From Chiloscyllium plagiosum (Eukaryota): DNA of 40,218 nucleotides. The notes beneath the pieces were generated by a model. The model was given only the letters and a program-made list of their open reading frames with translations, did no database searches and was not told the DNA's origin. The position numbers and the translations under genes were made by a program. This document shows, piece after piece, positions 12,360 to 24,062 of the stretch; positions within the stretch are counted from its first letter, which is position 1, and every line of letters starts with the position of its first letter. The stretch spans positions 85,941,534-85,981,751 of the forward strand of contig NC_057718.1 of the NCBI RefSeq assembly GCF_004010195.1, read 5' to 3'.

Positions 12360-12525
12360 GTATCACAACCTTGAAATGAAAGCATGTTTAATTCAAAGAC
12401 TAATGGATCAGTTTAAATGCAACCTTACGGTAACATCTCAGCCTCAGATACAGAATGATTCAGTGCTTAAAAAGCAGGAGTCTGCTCCTAGTTTAGAAAT
12501 TATTCTAGGCTAAACATTGAAGAGA
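12360..12525 (+). pseudogene. CLIP1: Probable upstream segment of the CLIP1-like pseudogene
   Basis: Translates to HNLEMK...MDQFKCNLTVTSQ...VLKKQESAPSLEIILG*TLKR, weakly collinear with recalled human CLIP1 KHLEIEK...LTNLQENLSEVSQ...ILKEK...EEAVSVQRSMQETVNK, immediately N-terminal to the main segment. Confidence 0.45.
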
Positions 12526-12618
12526 TTCTGGAACAATGTGTCAGGAAGCCATTTTATAGTCAAACGTTTGCCCTCCTTGCAAATAAGCCATTTTTAAAAA
12601 TAATCGTATCTGACATGT

Positions 12619-12813
12619 NNNNNNNNNNNNNNNNNNNNNNNNNNNNNNNNNNNNNNNNNNNNNNNNNNNNNNNNNNNNNNNNNNNNNNNNNNNNNNNNNN
12701 NNNNNNNNNNNNNNNNNNNNNNNNNNNNNNNNNNNNNNNNNNNNNNNNNNNNNNNNNNNNNNNNNNNNNNNNNNNNNNNNNNNNNNNNNNNNNNNNNNNN
12801 NNNNNNNNNNNNN
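12619..12813. other. Assembly gap (195 N)
   Basis: Run of N. Confidence 1.
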
Positions 12814-13030
12814 TTCTAGGACTATTAGGAGGCCTGTAAAAAACTCCTAACAGGGTGAGCTCACCTTTCTTATTCCTAACCTCAGCCCTAACTACCTCAG
12901 ATGGCGAGTCTTCATCCATCGTCTTTTCCACAGCTGTAATACTATCTTTGACAAACAATGCCACACCTCCCCCTCTTTTACCCCCACCTCTGACCCTACT
13001 AAAACATTTAAACCCTGGGACCTGCAACAG
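12814..13030 (-). mobile_element. Well-preserved CR1 endonuclease fragment
   Basis: QVPGFKCFSRVRGGGKRGGGVALFVKDSI...LLGVFYRPPNS are APE motifs. Confidence 0.92.
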
Positions 13031-13049
13031 GGTCCCAGGGTCCCACGGA

Positions 13050-13257
13050 CAGTTGCTAATACAGTAAAAGCTTATGCCATGATATTACAACGGACAATGT
13101 GTGGAGGAATAAATTACTTTCACTGACTCAGAATTGAACCCACACTGTTCCTGTTTAGCTGCATTCCATTTAAATTATGCCACTTCGCTTTACGCCATTT
13201 TCAGCTTATGAAAGATTTCCTGGGAACGCTCTACTTTCGGAGAGCGGGGGATACTTG
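13050..13257. mobile_element. Tc1/pogo (Tigger-like) DNA transposon terminal fragment
   Basis: TTCGCTTTACGCCATTTTCAGCTTATGAAAG...GGAACGCTCTACTTTCGGAGAGCGGGGGATACTTG resembles a recalled Tigger-type TIR. The partner TIR is not visible. Confidence 0.5.
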
Positions 13258-13258
13258 C

Positions 13259-14112
13259 ATCAAAGAAGAACAGCACATTTCACTTCCTTCAAAATCAGTG
13301 GAGCTAAAATTTCAGCTCTGCTGTGGAGAGAAAAATAAAAGTTTAAGAGGGATAGGTCGAACAGTTAGTTCAGAATAAATCCTAACTTGAGAGTAATGTC
13401 TCTGAGATGACGGGCTCTTTACGGCTCAGCTCAGAATGATGAACGAAGAACTGAAAGCCAAAGAGAGTAAGAAGGTTGAAGAACAAGCTCTGCATCATTA
13501 ACCCAGTGAAAAGGTTATTGATTTACAGGGAGTACTTAGAGCAACTCACATGTAAAACAGATCAGTCTCAGCAGGAGCAGCTATGGAAACAGTCACTTGA
13601 GCGGAAAGCAATGTTGCGAAAATGACAGATTTACAAAAACAGCACACCACATGGAACAAGAAATTGCAAATTACTCATGAAATAGGTCTTTCAGGTACAG
13701 ATGCCAGCAATGATGCTCTAGTGAAAGAACTTAAACATTACGCAGAGAAAACCAAACAACCACGGAAGAAGCAGGTGGAAGAGGTCTAGACAAATACGGG
13801 GGAAAACAGTTTAAGAGGCTGAACAGTAATTAGAGCATGAGATGAAGGAGAAAATACACTGGACCAACTGAAAGCTAGCACTCTGATAGAATTAGAAGAA
13901 TTCTCAGTGTAAAACTGAAAACTAAAAAAAAAACTGCTCTTAAGGATCAAAACAGAAGATTTGAACCGCTCAAAATAGCCTGATGAATGAGCAGTCAGTG
14001 ATTAACCTGGAAGGAAATGTGGTTGTAGTCAATCAGGATAAGCAAATTGTAGAGCAGCAATTGAGTTCCATTAAAGCAAAACTTGATGTCGCAAATAGGA
14101 ATGATAAACCGT
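13259..14112 (+). pseudogene. CLIP1: Intronless, frameshifted CLIP1 (CLIP-170/restin)-like pseudogene fragment, coiled-coil region
   Basis: Collinear peptides across frames versus recalled human CLIP1: KEEQ (13262) with HQKEEQ; EQLVQNKS*LESNVSEM (13359) with EQLIKAKEKLENDIAEIM; AQLRMMNEELKAKE (13424) with SQLTKMNDELRLKE; EQLTCKTDQSQQE (13539) with EDMTVKAEQSQQE; LDQLKASTLIELEEF (13859) with LDTLKENNLKNVEEL. Multiple stops and frameshifts. Confidence 0.75.
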
Positions 14113-14779
14113 ATAATTGGTGATATGAAATAAACAACATTTCGAGCCAAAGGCACCATCATGATATCAGTCATGTGAATAAATCATATGTAACAAAGTC
14201 TCATAGGCTCTCTTGCTATTGCAAATAGTTAAATTTTCTTTTGGAAAGGAGGAGGATATTGTACGTTGCCTTTGAAGACTTTGCCTTTAAGGACTACATC
14301 TGCTGCATGATTACAATGTGAGTTTACATGCGTTGGACACAGAAAGTAGTTGTGTTGCTGTAATGTCACCATTTTAAATAAACTAATCCTTGGAGTTAAT
14401 CAGTCCCTGATGAGAGACTGATTATTAGTGTTTAATTATTAATATGATGTGCTGCATTGAATTAGGCACAATATTCCAACTGAGGTCAAACAGGTTTTAT
14501 AAAGACTTAGCATAGTTTCCTCGTTTCTGTGCTTGTTTAAAAAGTCAGACATTGTATAATTTTTTTTAACCTTATCAACGTTTCCTGCCATTTTCACTTG
14601 GTGTCTGTATTCCAAGGTTTTTCTGTTCCAATAAACTTCCTTTTAAAATGGCACAATTTTGTTTAATATTGTCTCTCCTACTTCTTTTCATCACTTGCCA
14701 TTTCTAGCATTAAATATCATCTGCCATACATTTGTCTGCTGTGTCTTACTATCCTTCTCAGTGTTTGCTACACTTACAA

Positions 14780-15285
14780 GTCAGGTTGTACGTTTGCTCA
14801 CTGAGCTAGTAGATTTGTTCTCAGACATTTTGTTACCATGCTAGGTAACATTGTCAGTGAGCCTCGATGAAGCTTGGTATTCGGTCTTCCTTGCTATTTA
14901 TGTTTCTTGGTCTGTTGTGGTGGGTGATATCATTTCCGGTTCTTTTTCTGAAAGGTTGGTAAATGGGGTCCAAATCTATATGTTTGTTAAGGGAGTTCTG
15001 GTCTGAATGCCAGGCCTCTAGGAATTCCCATGCATGTCTTTGTTTAGCCTGTCCCAGGATGTATTGTCCCAGTTGAGCTGGTGTCCCTCTTCATCTGTGT
15101 GTATGGATACTGGTGATAGTTGGCCATGTCTTTGGTGGCTAGTTGGTGCTCACGTATCCTGGTGGCTAGTTTCTTGCCTGTCTGTTTGTTGCAGGGTATT
15201 TTGTACGTGACGTTTGTTCTGCTGGTTGTTGGTATGGGGTCCTTTAAATTCATCAGGAGCTGTTTCAGTATTTCAAGAAACACTT
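14780..15285 (-). mobile_element. Penelope-like element (Poseidon-type) 3' part: GIY-YIG endonuclease remnant and terminal repeat
   Basis: LKDPIPTTSRTNVTYKIPC...QTGKKLATRIREHQLAT; hammerhead-like fold in the terminal region; ACACTTA on both flanks. Confidence 0.88.
14820..14861 (-). ncRNA. Degenerate type I hammerhead ribozyme motif
   Basis: Minus strand CTCA-CTGACAA-TGTTACC-TAGCAT-GGTAAC-AAAAT-GTC-TGAG: stems I and II pair, but the core deviates from CUGAUGA/GAAAC. Confidence 0.6.
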
Positions 15286-16474
15286 AATAACTGCAAACTT
15301 TTAAATGATGCCCTGCAAATCTAAGTCCAGACCATTAAATTAGTATTTATCCAAAGATACAATGAATCTAGTATTAAATCCTGGTAGATACCACTATAAA
15401 CTTCCATTCAGTTTGCAGACAACTCTTCACCATCATTCTCCCTTTCCTGTTTCTTGGCTGATTTTGTATGCATGTTACCACTGTCCCTCTATTCCCACTG
15501 GTTTGTTAACAAGTTAATTAAGTAGTACTTAAGTAAATGCATTTTGACATTCTATATACATAACACAAACTGACAACCCAACACATTATAGAACTGCAGC
15601 ACTGTTATAGCCCAGAAGAAGGCTATTTTGTCTGACATGTCTGCATCATCCCTCTGAAAGCTTTCTTTCTGTAATCTGCTTCTTCAGATAAAAGTGCATT
15701 TCCCTTTCAATTGGACGTGCCTCCTCCACAGTCTCAGGTAATCGCTTAACAACTCATTTTATGTGAAAATGGCTTTCTTCGTGTTACTTTTCCATCTTTA
15801 ACCAATTACTTTGAATCTGTGTCCTCTTTTTTTCTCCAGTGTTCATGAATGCAAAACAATCTTGACTTTGTCCAAATCCCTCATGATTCTAAGAATATCC
15901 ATCAAATTTTCTCTCAGCTTTCTTCTCTAGAAGGAAAAGAACAGTAACTCCGATCTGTCCTCACAACTGAAGCTTTTCACCCCAGCACCATTCTCGTGAA
16001 ATTTTTTTCTGTAGTCTGAATGCCTTCTCAACCTTCCTAAGTCAATTCATGCAAGGACTCCGTCAAGTCAGTTAAATGTAATATGCCTTCAACAAATCCA
16101 TGCTGCCTTTCACTTATTAATCTATAACTTCCCAAGTAGGAAATCGTTTTGCCTAGAGTTTTGCCTGCAGTTTTCCCTCCATCAGTGAGGTAGCCTGATT
16201 GATTTGTTGTTACCATATTAATCCCTCTCCTGTTCTGTAAGGACATTTCTCTGGTATTACCGTCATATCTAAAGAGCACTGGAAAACTTTGGCTAGAGAA
16301 TCCCTAACTTCTAAGTTCACTCCCATAGCAACCAATCTATCTGGACCAGGTGACTTTTTTACTTCCAGTAATTTGAATCTTTTAAGTAACTCCTCTTTAT
16401 CTATTATTATTTAGTCCAATTCTTCTATCTTCTCCCGTACTGTGTCATTGACAGCATCCTCTTCCTTAGTAGAG

Positions 16475-17035
16475 ACATCTAGGCTACTTTTGGAATACCA
16501 TGTTCAATTCTGGTCTTCTTGCTGTAGGAAAGATGTTATTAAACTTGAAAGGGTGCAAAAAAGATTAGCATGGATAGTGCCAAGGTTGGAGAGTTTAAGC
16601 TATAAGGAGAGGCTGAATAGGCTGGGGCTATCTTTCCTGGAACATTGGAGGCTGAGAGGTGACCTTACAGAGATTTATAAATTCATGAGGGGCATGAATA
16701 GGGTAAATAAACAAGGTGTTTTTCCCAGGGTAGGGGAGTCCGAAAATAGAAGGCATTGGTTTAAGGTGAGAGGGAAAAGATTTGAAAGGGATCTAAGGGC
16801 AACTTTTTCACGCAGAGTGTGATGCTTTTATGGAATGAGCTGCCAGAGGAAGTGATGGAGGCTGGGGCAATTACATCATTTAAAAGATATCTGGATGGGT
16901 ATATGAACAGGAAGGGTTGAGAGGAATGTGGCCCTAGTGCTGGCAAATGGGATTAGATTAATTTGGAAAATCTGGTTGGCATGTATAAGTTGGACTGACG
17001 GGTCTGTTTCCTTGTTGTACAACTCTCTGACTCTA
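16475..17035 (+). mobile_element. CR1 3' fragment
   Basis: LLEYHVQFWS...KLERVQKR...LRGDLTEIYKFMRG; ACTCTCTGACTCTA tail. Confidence 0.92.
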
Positions 17036-17651
17036 AATAAAAAGTTCATGCTGTGTAGCTATGAGGGCAAGAAGGTCAAAGTGCTTAAAATGATTGATTT
17101 GGGCCCTATGTACCGACTTTAGTCTACCACTGACTAGAATGCAGTGTGTTGGAGGTTCCTGATGAGTTGCAGCTAGTTGTGATTGAGAGTAAAGGAAATA
17201 CAGACAGCAACAAGAATATGAGACAAGTAGTGAAATAATGCAAGGGACCTCAACACTGCGCTGGCCTTTTCAAAATGCTTTGCTAAGTCATTGTCGTGGT
17301 TACGTGGTGCCACTGGGATATGCTATTTAATATCTGTGCTGAATCAATTTTCTATTTCTAATCACCATCACCAAATATATTCTGTTTTAAAATTGTAAAG
17401 ATGCAAATTCATTACAATTTCTGATTATCTGTGCAGTGTTTCTGTTCAGGAAACAATGTTATTACAATTCACTGTAGAGAGTCTTTTTTTTTAAACAGTG
17501 CTGTCATACTGAAATGTGCTGTAGTTAGAGGGTGATCAATCATCCCTGCTTCTTCTTTGTGCCTGACATTATTTATGCTTAAATGGTGAGCTAAATATAG
17601 ACGTACAAAAATGCACAGTGAATGTTATTGAACTAATCAAACAAAAACTTT

Positions 17652-18712
17652 GGCTTGGATTTTACAACATCCCCCTACCACAGATAGATCTGGAGGTTGG
17701 TGTTCTCACCAAATGAAGCATGTGACCTTTCCACCATGACCCCAGCCTGAATCCTATATTACTGTAGGCAGAGAAGGTTTTAGGCAGAATGCCTGCTCTT
17801 AGACCTAAAGAGGTCTTTGAGTGGCCAATTAATGACCACTTACAGGCTTCCTTCCACCTCTGCCACCATTTTATGCACAGCAAGGAAAGGCCCAGGAGAT
17901 GCCAGAAGCTTCCACTGCAGTCCGGCAGGAATAGGGAAGGGTTATCTGCTTTGGGTCATTCCCTAGTGGCCATCCGAGGTACCCATACTCCTTCAAGACT
18001 GCAGAAGCTTCAGAAAGTTGTGAACACAGCCCACACCATCAAGCAAGCCAACCTTCCATCCATATACTTGTTGCTGCCTCAGAAAGGCAGCCAACATCAA
18101 AGACCCCTCCCACCCCAGTTACTATCTCTTCCAACCTCTTCCATTGGGCAGAAAATACACAAGCTTAAACACACAGACCAACAGATTCAAGAACAGCTTC
18201 TTCCCGCTGTTATTAGACTTCTAAATGGACCTCTCAAATTTCAAATTTAATGTTGACCTCTCTCTTTGTGGACCAGCTGTAACATTGTATTCTTGGCTCT
18301 GTTCTATTACCCTAATGCACTTTGTATGACATAATCTGGAAAACAAAATGCAAAACAAAACTTCTCCCCGTACCTAGGTACATGTGACAGTATTAAATCA
18401 ATCCAGATCAAATCAAGATCACAGTTATACTTTAAACTTTCTCTCTGCTATTGCTCTCCCAAAATCAGCTTCCCAACCCATTCCTTACTGGGTTCTGCCA
18501 GCTAGGTCCATCCAAAGTCCCATGGCATGACTCCAAGTCCAGGTTCTATCAGTTTTCATCCTCACAGACTGCCTGTAGTACCAGTAGTGGTCACCAACTT
18601 AATCCTGGCACTGCTGGGGCTACAAAGCTGCCAGGCAAAACAGATTTCCACCAAAATGAAGGTAGAAGTGCAACTCTGAAACAATTAGTGGTCCCAGTGT
18701 AATATCACTGCG
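17652..18712. mobile_element. Possible Harbinger-related non-autonomous element (interrupted by Rex1)
   Basis: Starts GGCTTGGATTTTAC, near reverse complement of GTAAAATCCAGCC at the Harbinger end (26251-26263); internal palindrome GTGGCCAATTAATGACCAC. The right end is degenerate. Confidence 0.4.
17998..18418 (+). mobile_element. Rex1/Babar LINE 3' fragment
   Basis: Across frames: KLQKVVNTAHTI..LPSI / KDPSHP..LFQPLPLGRKY..TNRFKNSFFPAVIRLLN; (AATCA)n-like tail. Confidence 0.82.
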
Positions 18713-18789
18713 GAGAGCCACGTCTTAGATGGGTGCGCGGCCAACCAATATTTTTATTGGGGTTGTGGAGAGATGTGGGGAAAACAGAC

Positions 18790-20047
18790 CCCTGTAACAC
18801 GGCTTTGTGAGGGGCAGGTCATGTTTCACAAACCTTATCGAGTTCTTTGAGGATGTGACTAGAAAAGTTGATGAGGATCGTGCTGTGGATGTGGTGTATA
18901 TGGACTTCCCCATGGTAGGCTCATTCAGAAGGTCAGGAGGAGTGGGATTCAGGGGAACATAGCTGTCTGGATACAGAATTAGCTGTCCAAAAGAAGACAG
19001 CGAGTGGTAGTAGAAGGAAAATATTCTGCCTGGAAGTCAGTGGTGAGTGGTGTTCCACAGGGCTCTGTCCTTGGGCCTCTACTGTTTGTAATTTTTATGA
19101 ATGACTTGGATGAGGGGATTGAAGGAGGGGTCAGCAAGTTTGCAGACCACACAAAGGTTGGAGGTGTCGTTGACAATATAGAGGGCTGTTGTAGGCTGCA
19201 GCATGACATTGACAGGATGCAGAGATGGGCTGAGAGGTGGCAGATGCAGTTCAACCTGGATAAATGNNNNNNNNNNNNNNNNNNNNNNNNNNNNNNNNNN
19301 NNNNNNNNNNNNNNNNNNNNNNNNNNNNNNNNNNNNNNNNNNNNNNNNNNNNNNNNNNNNNNNNNNNNNNNNNNNNNNNNNNNNNNNNNNNNNNNNNNNN
19401 NNNNNNNNNNNNNNNNNNNNNNNNNNNNNNNNNNNNNNNNNNNNNNNNNNNNNNNNNNNNNNNNNNNNNNNNNNNNNNNNNNNNNNNNNNNNNNNNNNNN
19501 NNNNNNNNNNNNNNNNNNNNNNNNNNNNNNNNNNNNNNNNNNNNNNNNNNNNNNNNNNNNNNNNNNNNNNNNNNNNNNNNNNNNNNNNNNNNNNNNNNNN
19601 NNNNNNNNNNNNNNNNNNNNNNNNNNNNNNNNNNNNNNNNNNNNNNNNNNNNNNNNNNNNNNNNNNNNNNNNNNNNNNNNNNNNNNNNNNNNNNNNNNNN
19701 NNNNNNNNNNNACTTATTGGGCTGAAGGGCCTGTTTCCACACTGTAATGTAATCAAATTTCCCAGGGCAGAAATGACTAACACGAGGGGTCATAGTTTTA
19801 AGCTGGTTGGAGCAAAGTATAGAGGGGATGTCAGAGGCGGGTTCTTTACACAGAGAGTTGTGAGAGCATGGAATGCGTTGCCAGCAGCAGTTGTGGAAGC
19901 AAGGTCATTGGAGACATTTCAGAGACTGCTGGACATGCATATGGTCACAGAAATTTGAAGGTGCATACATGAGGATCAGTAGTCGGCACAACATCGTGGG
20001 CTGAAGGGTCTGTTCTGTGCTGTACTGTTCTATGTTCTATGTTCTAA
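18790..20047 (+). mobile_element. CR1 RT and 3' UTR spanning a gap, with a SINE tail at 19712-19750
   Basis: SGVPQGSVLGPLLF...SKFADHTK; FFTQRVVRAWNALP; (GTTCTAT)n tail. Confidence 0.93.
19267..19711. other. Assembly gap (445 N)
   Basis: Run of N. Confidence 1.
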
Positions 20048-20169
20048 CATCCACCTCATCAGAGTTCAAATCAAATTGTTCAAGACAGATCCTGAGAGGT
20101 TTGCGAATGTGAATTCTGTTTTTTTATATATAAAATCGAAAGAAAGGATGGTGCTGATTGCAATAAACA

Positions 20170-20400
20170 ATGATCAAGAAACTGTTGATTGTCATGAAAA
20201 GACCAAAATGCTTCACTAATGTCCTTTAGGTAAGGAAATCTGTTGTTTATGCCATGGTCTGGCCTACATGTGGCTTTAGTTTGTTGGTACACACTCAATG
20301 GACCACAGTGTCTCTTCTGTACCGAATGATTCAATGATTCTTTGTTTTTACCAGGACAATTACTCTCTTCACTACCCTGTGAAGTGGCCTGGCCAGAAAA
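20170..20400 (+). mobile_element. Degraded SINE of a further shark family
   Basis: TTCACTAATGTCCTTTAGGTAAGGAAATCTG...TGGTCTGGCCTACATGTG resembles a recalled common shark SINE body. Confidence 0.5.
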
Positions 20401-21409
20401 TTAATGGTGGTCTAGCATCCCAGGAATGGATTGTAGAGGAAAGGGCCTACCTTTCCTGAATAAAAACACATAATGTTGGGGATACTCAACATGTCTGGCA
20501 GCAATTGTGGAGAGCAAAAGAGAGTTAATGTTTTCAGCTGATGACCTGTGATCACAGCTGGGAAAAAAAATGGAAATGTTGCTGTGGGAGAGGTTGGATA
20601 AAGTGCTCAAAGCAATACTCATAGTATCAAAATGATAGCGTGGAAGATACGAGACATTAGTTGGTAGCGGGACAAGCAGGTTAACCATTCTGGAATTCTC
20701 TTGAGTATGTCTCTGGATTTGGCTTTCCATTCCATGTCTTGGGTCTGGCCTTCCTGGGACATCACTGTTCCTGGATTTCTCCTAGTTGTCTTTTTTTCTT
20801 CAATCTGAATTTGTGCATAATGCAATTATACCAATGGGGGGGCACCAAACCAAACAGTTACAATGGAGCAGCAGAAGCTGTTCAGTTTAACCCACTCACA
20901 CCCAACTTCATCTCACTTTGTCAACAAATCCTCACTCTCCCCTGCCTCCTCTGAAAGATGCCTTTCCTATTCAAATCAACTGTTTATTGTGGTAAGAGGT
21001 GACATATTCTTCACTACTCTCTTGATAATGAGGTTCCTATTGAACTCATTAGTGATTATCCTATATTTCTGCGTTCCTTCATGGATACATCTATGCTGTC
21101 AAACACCTGCATAACTTCAGAGATCTGCAATTGATCCTCTTTCAGCCATCTCCATCCTAGTGATGACTGAAGACGTCAATGTCAAGCCATTAATGAGCTG
21201 CACAAAGATTGATGATGGCTGCATGGTGCCAGACACATCATCTGCTTCAATTCTGCAACCCTTTTTAATCATTTTCACATGAAGCATATGTTCTGAAAGT
21301 GTCAGCTTGAAAAGAGCGCACTTGTATCCTGTCGAAAAGGCATCAATGTGTGCCAACCTGTTTGCCTGAATATAAGTCAGTTGGCTATCCTCACAGCTGC
21401 AGCATTGCC

Positions 21410-21640
21410 GTGACACAGTTGGGAATACACTTACCTCAAAGTCCAAAAGCCATGGGCTCAAAACCCACTCCTCGTGCTTGACTGTACAACGGAGGCAGCC
21501 ATTGTCAGGAAAAACATGACAGTTTGGAGAAGATGTTAAAGCATAGTCCCACCCAGCTCTGCAGATGAACGCCAATTGGGGTTCCATTAAAAGTGAGGTT
21601 TTTTTTAGTCTTTCCTGTCTATCGAGAGATCTCATTTAAC
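21410..21640 (+). mobile_element. Degraded DeuSINE head and core
   Basis: tRNA-like head and GAAGATGTTAAA core, collinear with 5590-5800. Confidence 0.45.
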
Positions 21641-22294
21641 TGCTGTTGCAGCACATACCTCTTATACTCCAAACATAAACAATTTCTAATGAAGAAGATG
21701 GAGGGAAGGTGGGAATAAAGGTCGTCAAGTCCCCGATATTCCATCAACTGATGTCCATGGCACCATATATATCTTATTATCAATACAATATTTAGGAAAA
21801 TAAAGATTTTGTTCCCAAAAAAGGACCAGATGTAGGTGACCTAACAGTATGAGTAGCTGTGCTATGTCTGTGTGCTGTAAGGATTCAATAAGTGGTTGAT
21901 GCAGTGGAAACTACAATCCCCTCGAAATAGAGGATATCAGCACGTGGTCAGGGGCAGAGGCAGCCCTCATCCTTGTAGTTGGCAGTTCCTATCAGAGAGT
22001 TCTCTTCTTCAGGTGGAAGATGCATTAGGAGAGAGGGAGGAACATCCAAGGAAGAATTCCGTAACACTTCAGCTAGAGATGAAGATGTTGACTCCCTAAT
22101 GCTAACAAGACTGACACATACCATGTGAAAAAGCTATCCATCATCTGGTATCACTGAACTGTCCTCAGTTGTCACGGTTGTATACTTTTTAAAACATTAC
22201 CCAATGTATCATATCAAAACTGCTGCCTCTTAACAAACTTAATAATCTCTCTGAGGAATCCCTACAAATATCAACTGCCAAATTAGGTAATTAA

Positions 22295-22608
22295 TTAGAT
22301 TAGATTAGATTACAGTGTGGAAACAGGCCCTTCGGCCCAACAAGTCCACACCGACCCGCCGAAGCGAAACCCACCCCTACCCCTACATTTTGTCCCTTAC
22401 CTAACACTACAGGCAATTGAGCATGGCCAATTCACCTGATCCTGCACATCTTTGGACTGTGGGAGGAAACCGGAGCACCCGGAGGAAACCCACGCAGACA
22501 CGGGGAGAACGTGCAAACTCCACACAGTTAGTCGCCTGAGGCGGGAATTGAACCCGGGTCTCTGGCGCTGTGAGGCAGCAGTGCTAACCACTGGGCCACC
22601 ATGCCGCC
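22295..22608 (-). mobile_element. Young full-length HE1-type V-SINE
   Basis: Minus-strand head GGGCGGCATGGTGGGCCCAGTGGTTAGCAC, V domain, (AATCT)n tail. Confidence 0.95.
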
Positions 22609-22679
22609 CACTATGGTAACTGTGGTCACTCATCCTCAAAATCTAACACTCACACAATTTTACCAACAGTACAGTTGTT

Positions 22680-22968
22680 AGAGTCAGAGAGTCATTGAGA
22701 TATACAACACAGATACAGAACCTTCAGTCCAACTTGTCCAAGCTGACCAGATATCCTAACCGAATCTAGCCCCATTTGCCAGCACTTGGCCCATATCCCT
22801 CTAAACCCTTCCTATTCACATATCCAAGAAGATGCCTTTTTAATTGTTGCAATTGTACTAGCGCCCACCATTTCGCTGGCAGCTCGTTCCATACACACAC
22901 CATCCTCTGTGTGAAAAAGTTGCCCCAAGGTCCCTTTTAAATCTTTCCCTTCTCACCCTAAACCTATG
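22680..22968 (-). mobile_element. CR1 3' end fragment
   Basis: Reverse complement of 1910-2180. Confidence 0.9.
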
Positions 22969-23089
22969 TTCTGGCCAATATTTACCTTTCAGCCAAAATT
23001 ATCAAAAACATTATCTGGCCATTAATCACACTTCTGTGTCCAAACTGATGACATTAAAATGGTAACGCCTCTTCAGTTATTGGCTGCAC

Positions 23090-23285
23090 TGGGATTAGTT
23101 AGCTCAGTTAGCTGGCCAGCTGGTTTGTGATGTAAACTGTCACCAACAGCATCGGTTCACTTCCTGCATCATTTGAGGTTACCATGATGGTTCCATCTTC
23201 GCAACCTTGCCATGGTGGTCCTCAGGTGAAACCATCACCAGCTGACTCACTCGAATGAATGAGTGGGATTATTATGACTTTACAA
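23090..23285 (+). mobile_element. tRNA-derived SINE, family distinct from HE1
   Basis: A-box-like TAGCTCAGTTAG and B-box-like GGTTCACTTCC, followed by a GAGGTTACCATGA...CTCAGGTGAAACCATCACCAG body. Confidence 0.55.
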
Positions 23286-23699
23286 CGAATCTGCTAAAGG
23301 AATTTGTTTTCTAGTGGTGGAATAGCTTTTGTGAGTTGAGGCCAATAATCCTCATATACCTGCCCAGTCTGACAGTAAGTATTGAAGTTCGAATGTACTG
23401 ATGTACTTCACATAAGACCTCTAATGAGTGGACTTGGTCCTGATGTTCTTCGGAAAATATTTAGTAAAATTAGTTTACATGGTTGGTAAAAACGGGTTGT
23501 AAAAGTGAAAGTATTGAGATAAATGGTTGAATAGAGGAAAGAATTTGGATAACCCCTTTCATAACTTTGGGACCTCTTAGAGTACTTTACACTCACTGAA
23601 GTACGTGTTGTAGGACACTGGATAACACAGTAAACTCCCTAAATTAACAATGAGTTCAAGGTAACCTGTTACACTGTAGTTGATGACTGATAAATATTG

Positions 23700-24062
23700 G
23701 AATAGTGGCTCAGCTGTTAGTGCTACTGCCTCCGAGCACCAGGGACCTGGGTTTGATCCACACTTGGGCGACTTGTTAACATTCGGGAGACAGCAGTGTG
23801 GAGTTTGCACTTTCTCCCTGTGTCTGCGTGAGTTTCCTCCGGGTGCTCCGGTTTCCTCCCACAATCCCAACATGTGCAGGTTAGGTGGATTAGCCACACT
23901 AAGTTGCCCATAGTGTCCAGGGATGTGTGGGCTAGGTGGGGTTGCCATGGGAAATACTGGGTTACAGTAGTAGGGTAGAAGGGTGGGTCTGAATGGGAGG
24001 ATTGGTGTGGATTCAGTGGGCCAAATGGCCTACTTCCACACTGTAGGGATTCTATGATTCTA
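23700..24062 (+). mobile_element. HE1-type V-SINE (older)
   Basis: GTGGCTCAGCTGTTAG head, V domain, GATTCTATGATTCTA tail. Confidence 0.88.

Larger units (their letters stand above)
14440..16465 (-). mobile_element. Old, heavily decayed CR1 fragments (interrupted by the Penelope element at 14780-15285)
   Basis: ORF 16037-16279 contains LISERQHGFVEG..LTDL (RT QHGF motif); GCACAATATTCCAACTGAGGTC is CR1-like at 14467. Confidence 0.65.

Noticed and set aside
19004..19958. Long ORFs of 150-250 aa here and at 12560-13027 and 30929-31678
   Set aside because: Their length is an artefact of translating through N gaps; the real parts are CR1 or Penelope fragments.
21117..21635. 172-aa minus-strand ORF
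   Set aside because: No recognisable domain, and about half overlaps a decayed SINE in antisense; likely a chance ORF.
22540..22608. tRNA-like sequence with A and B boxes
   Set aside because: It is the SINE head and continues directly into the V domain; not a tRNA gene.
22397..22639. Recurring short ORFs such as LHTDSR/CGVCTFS in many places, resembling a gene family
   Set aside because: They are translations of HE1 SINE copies.
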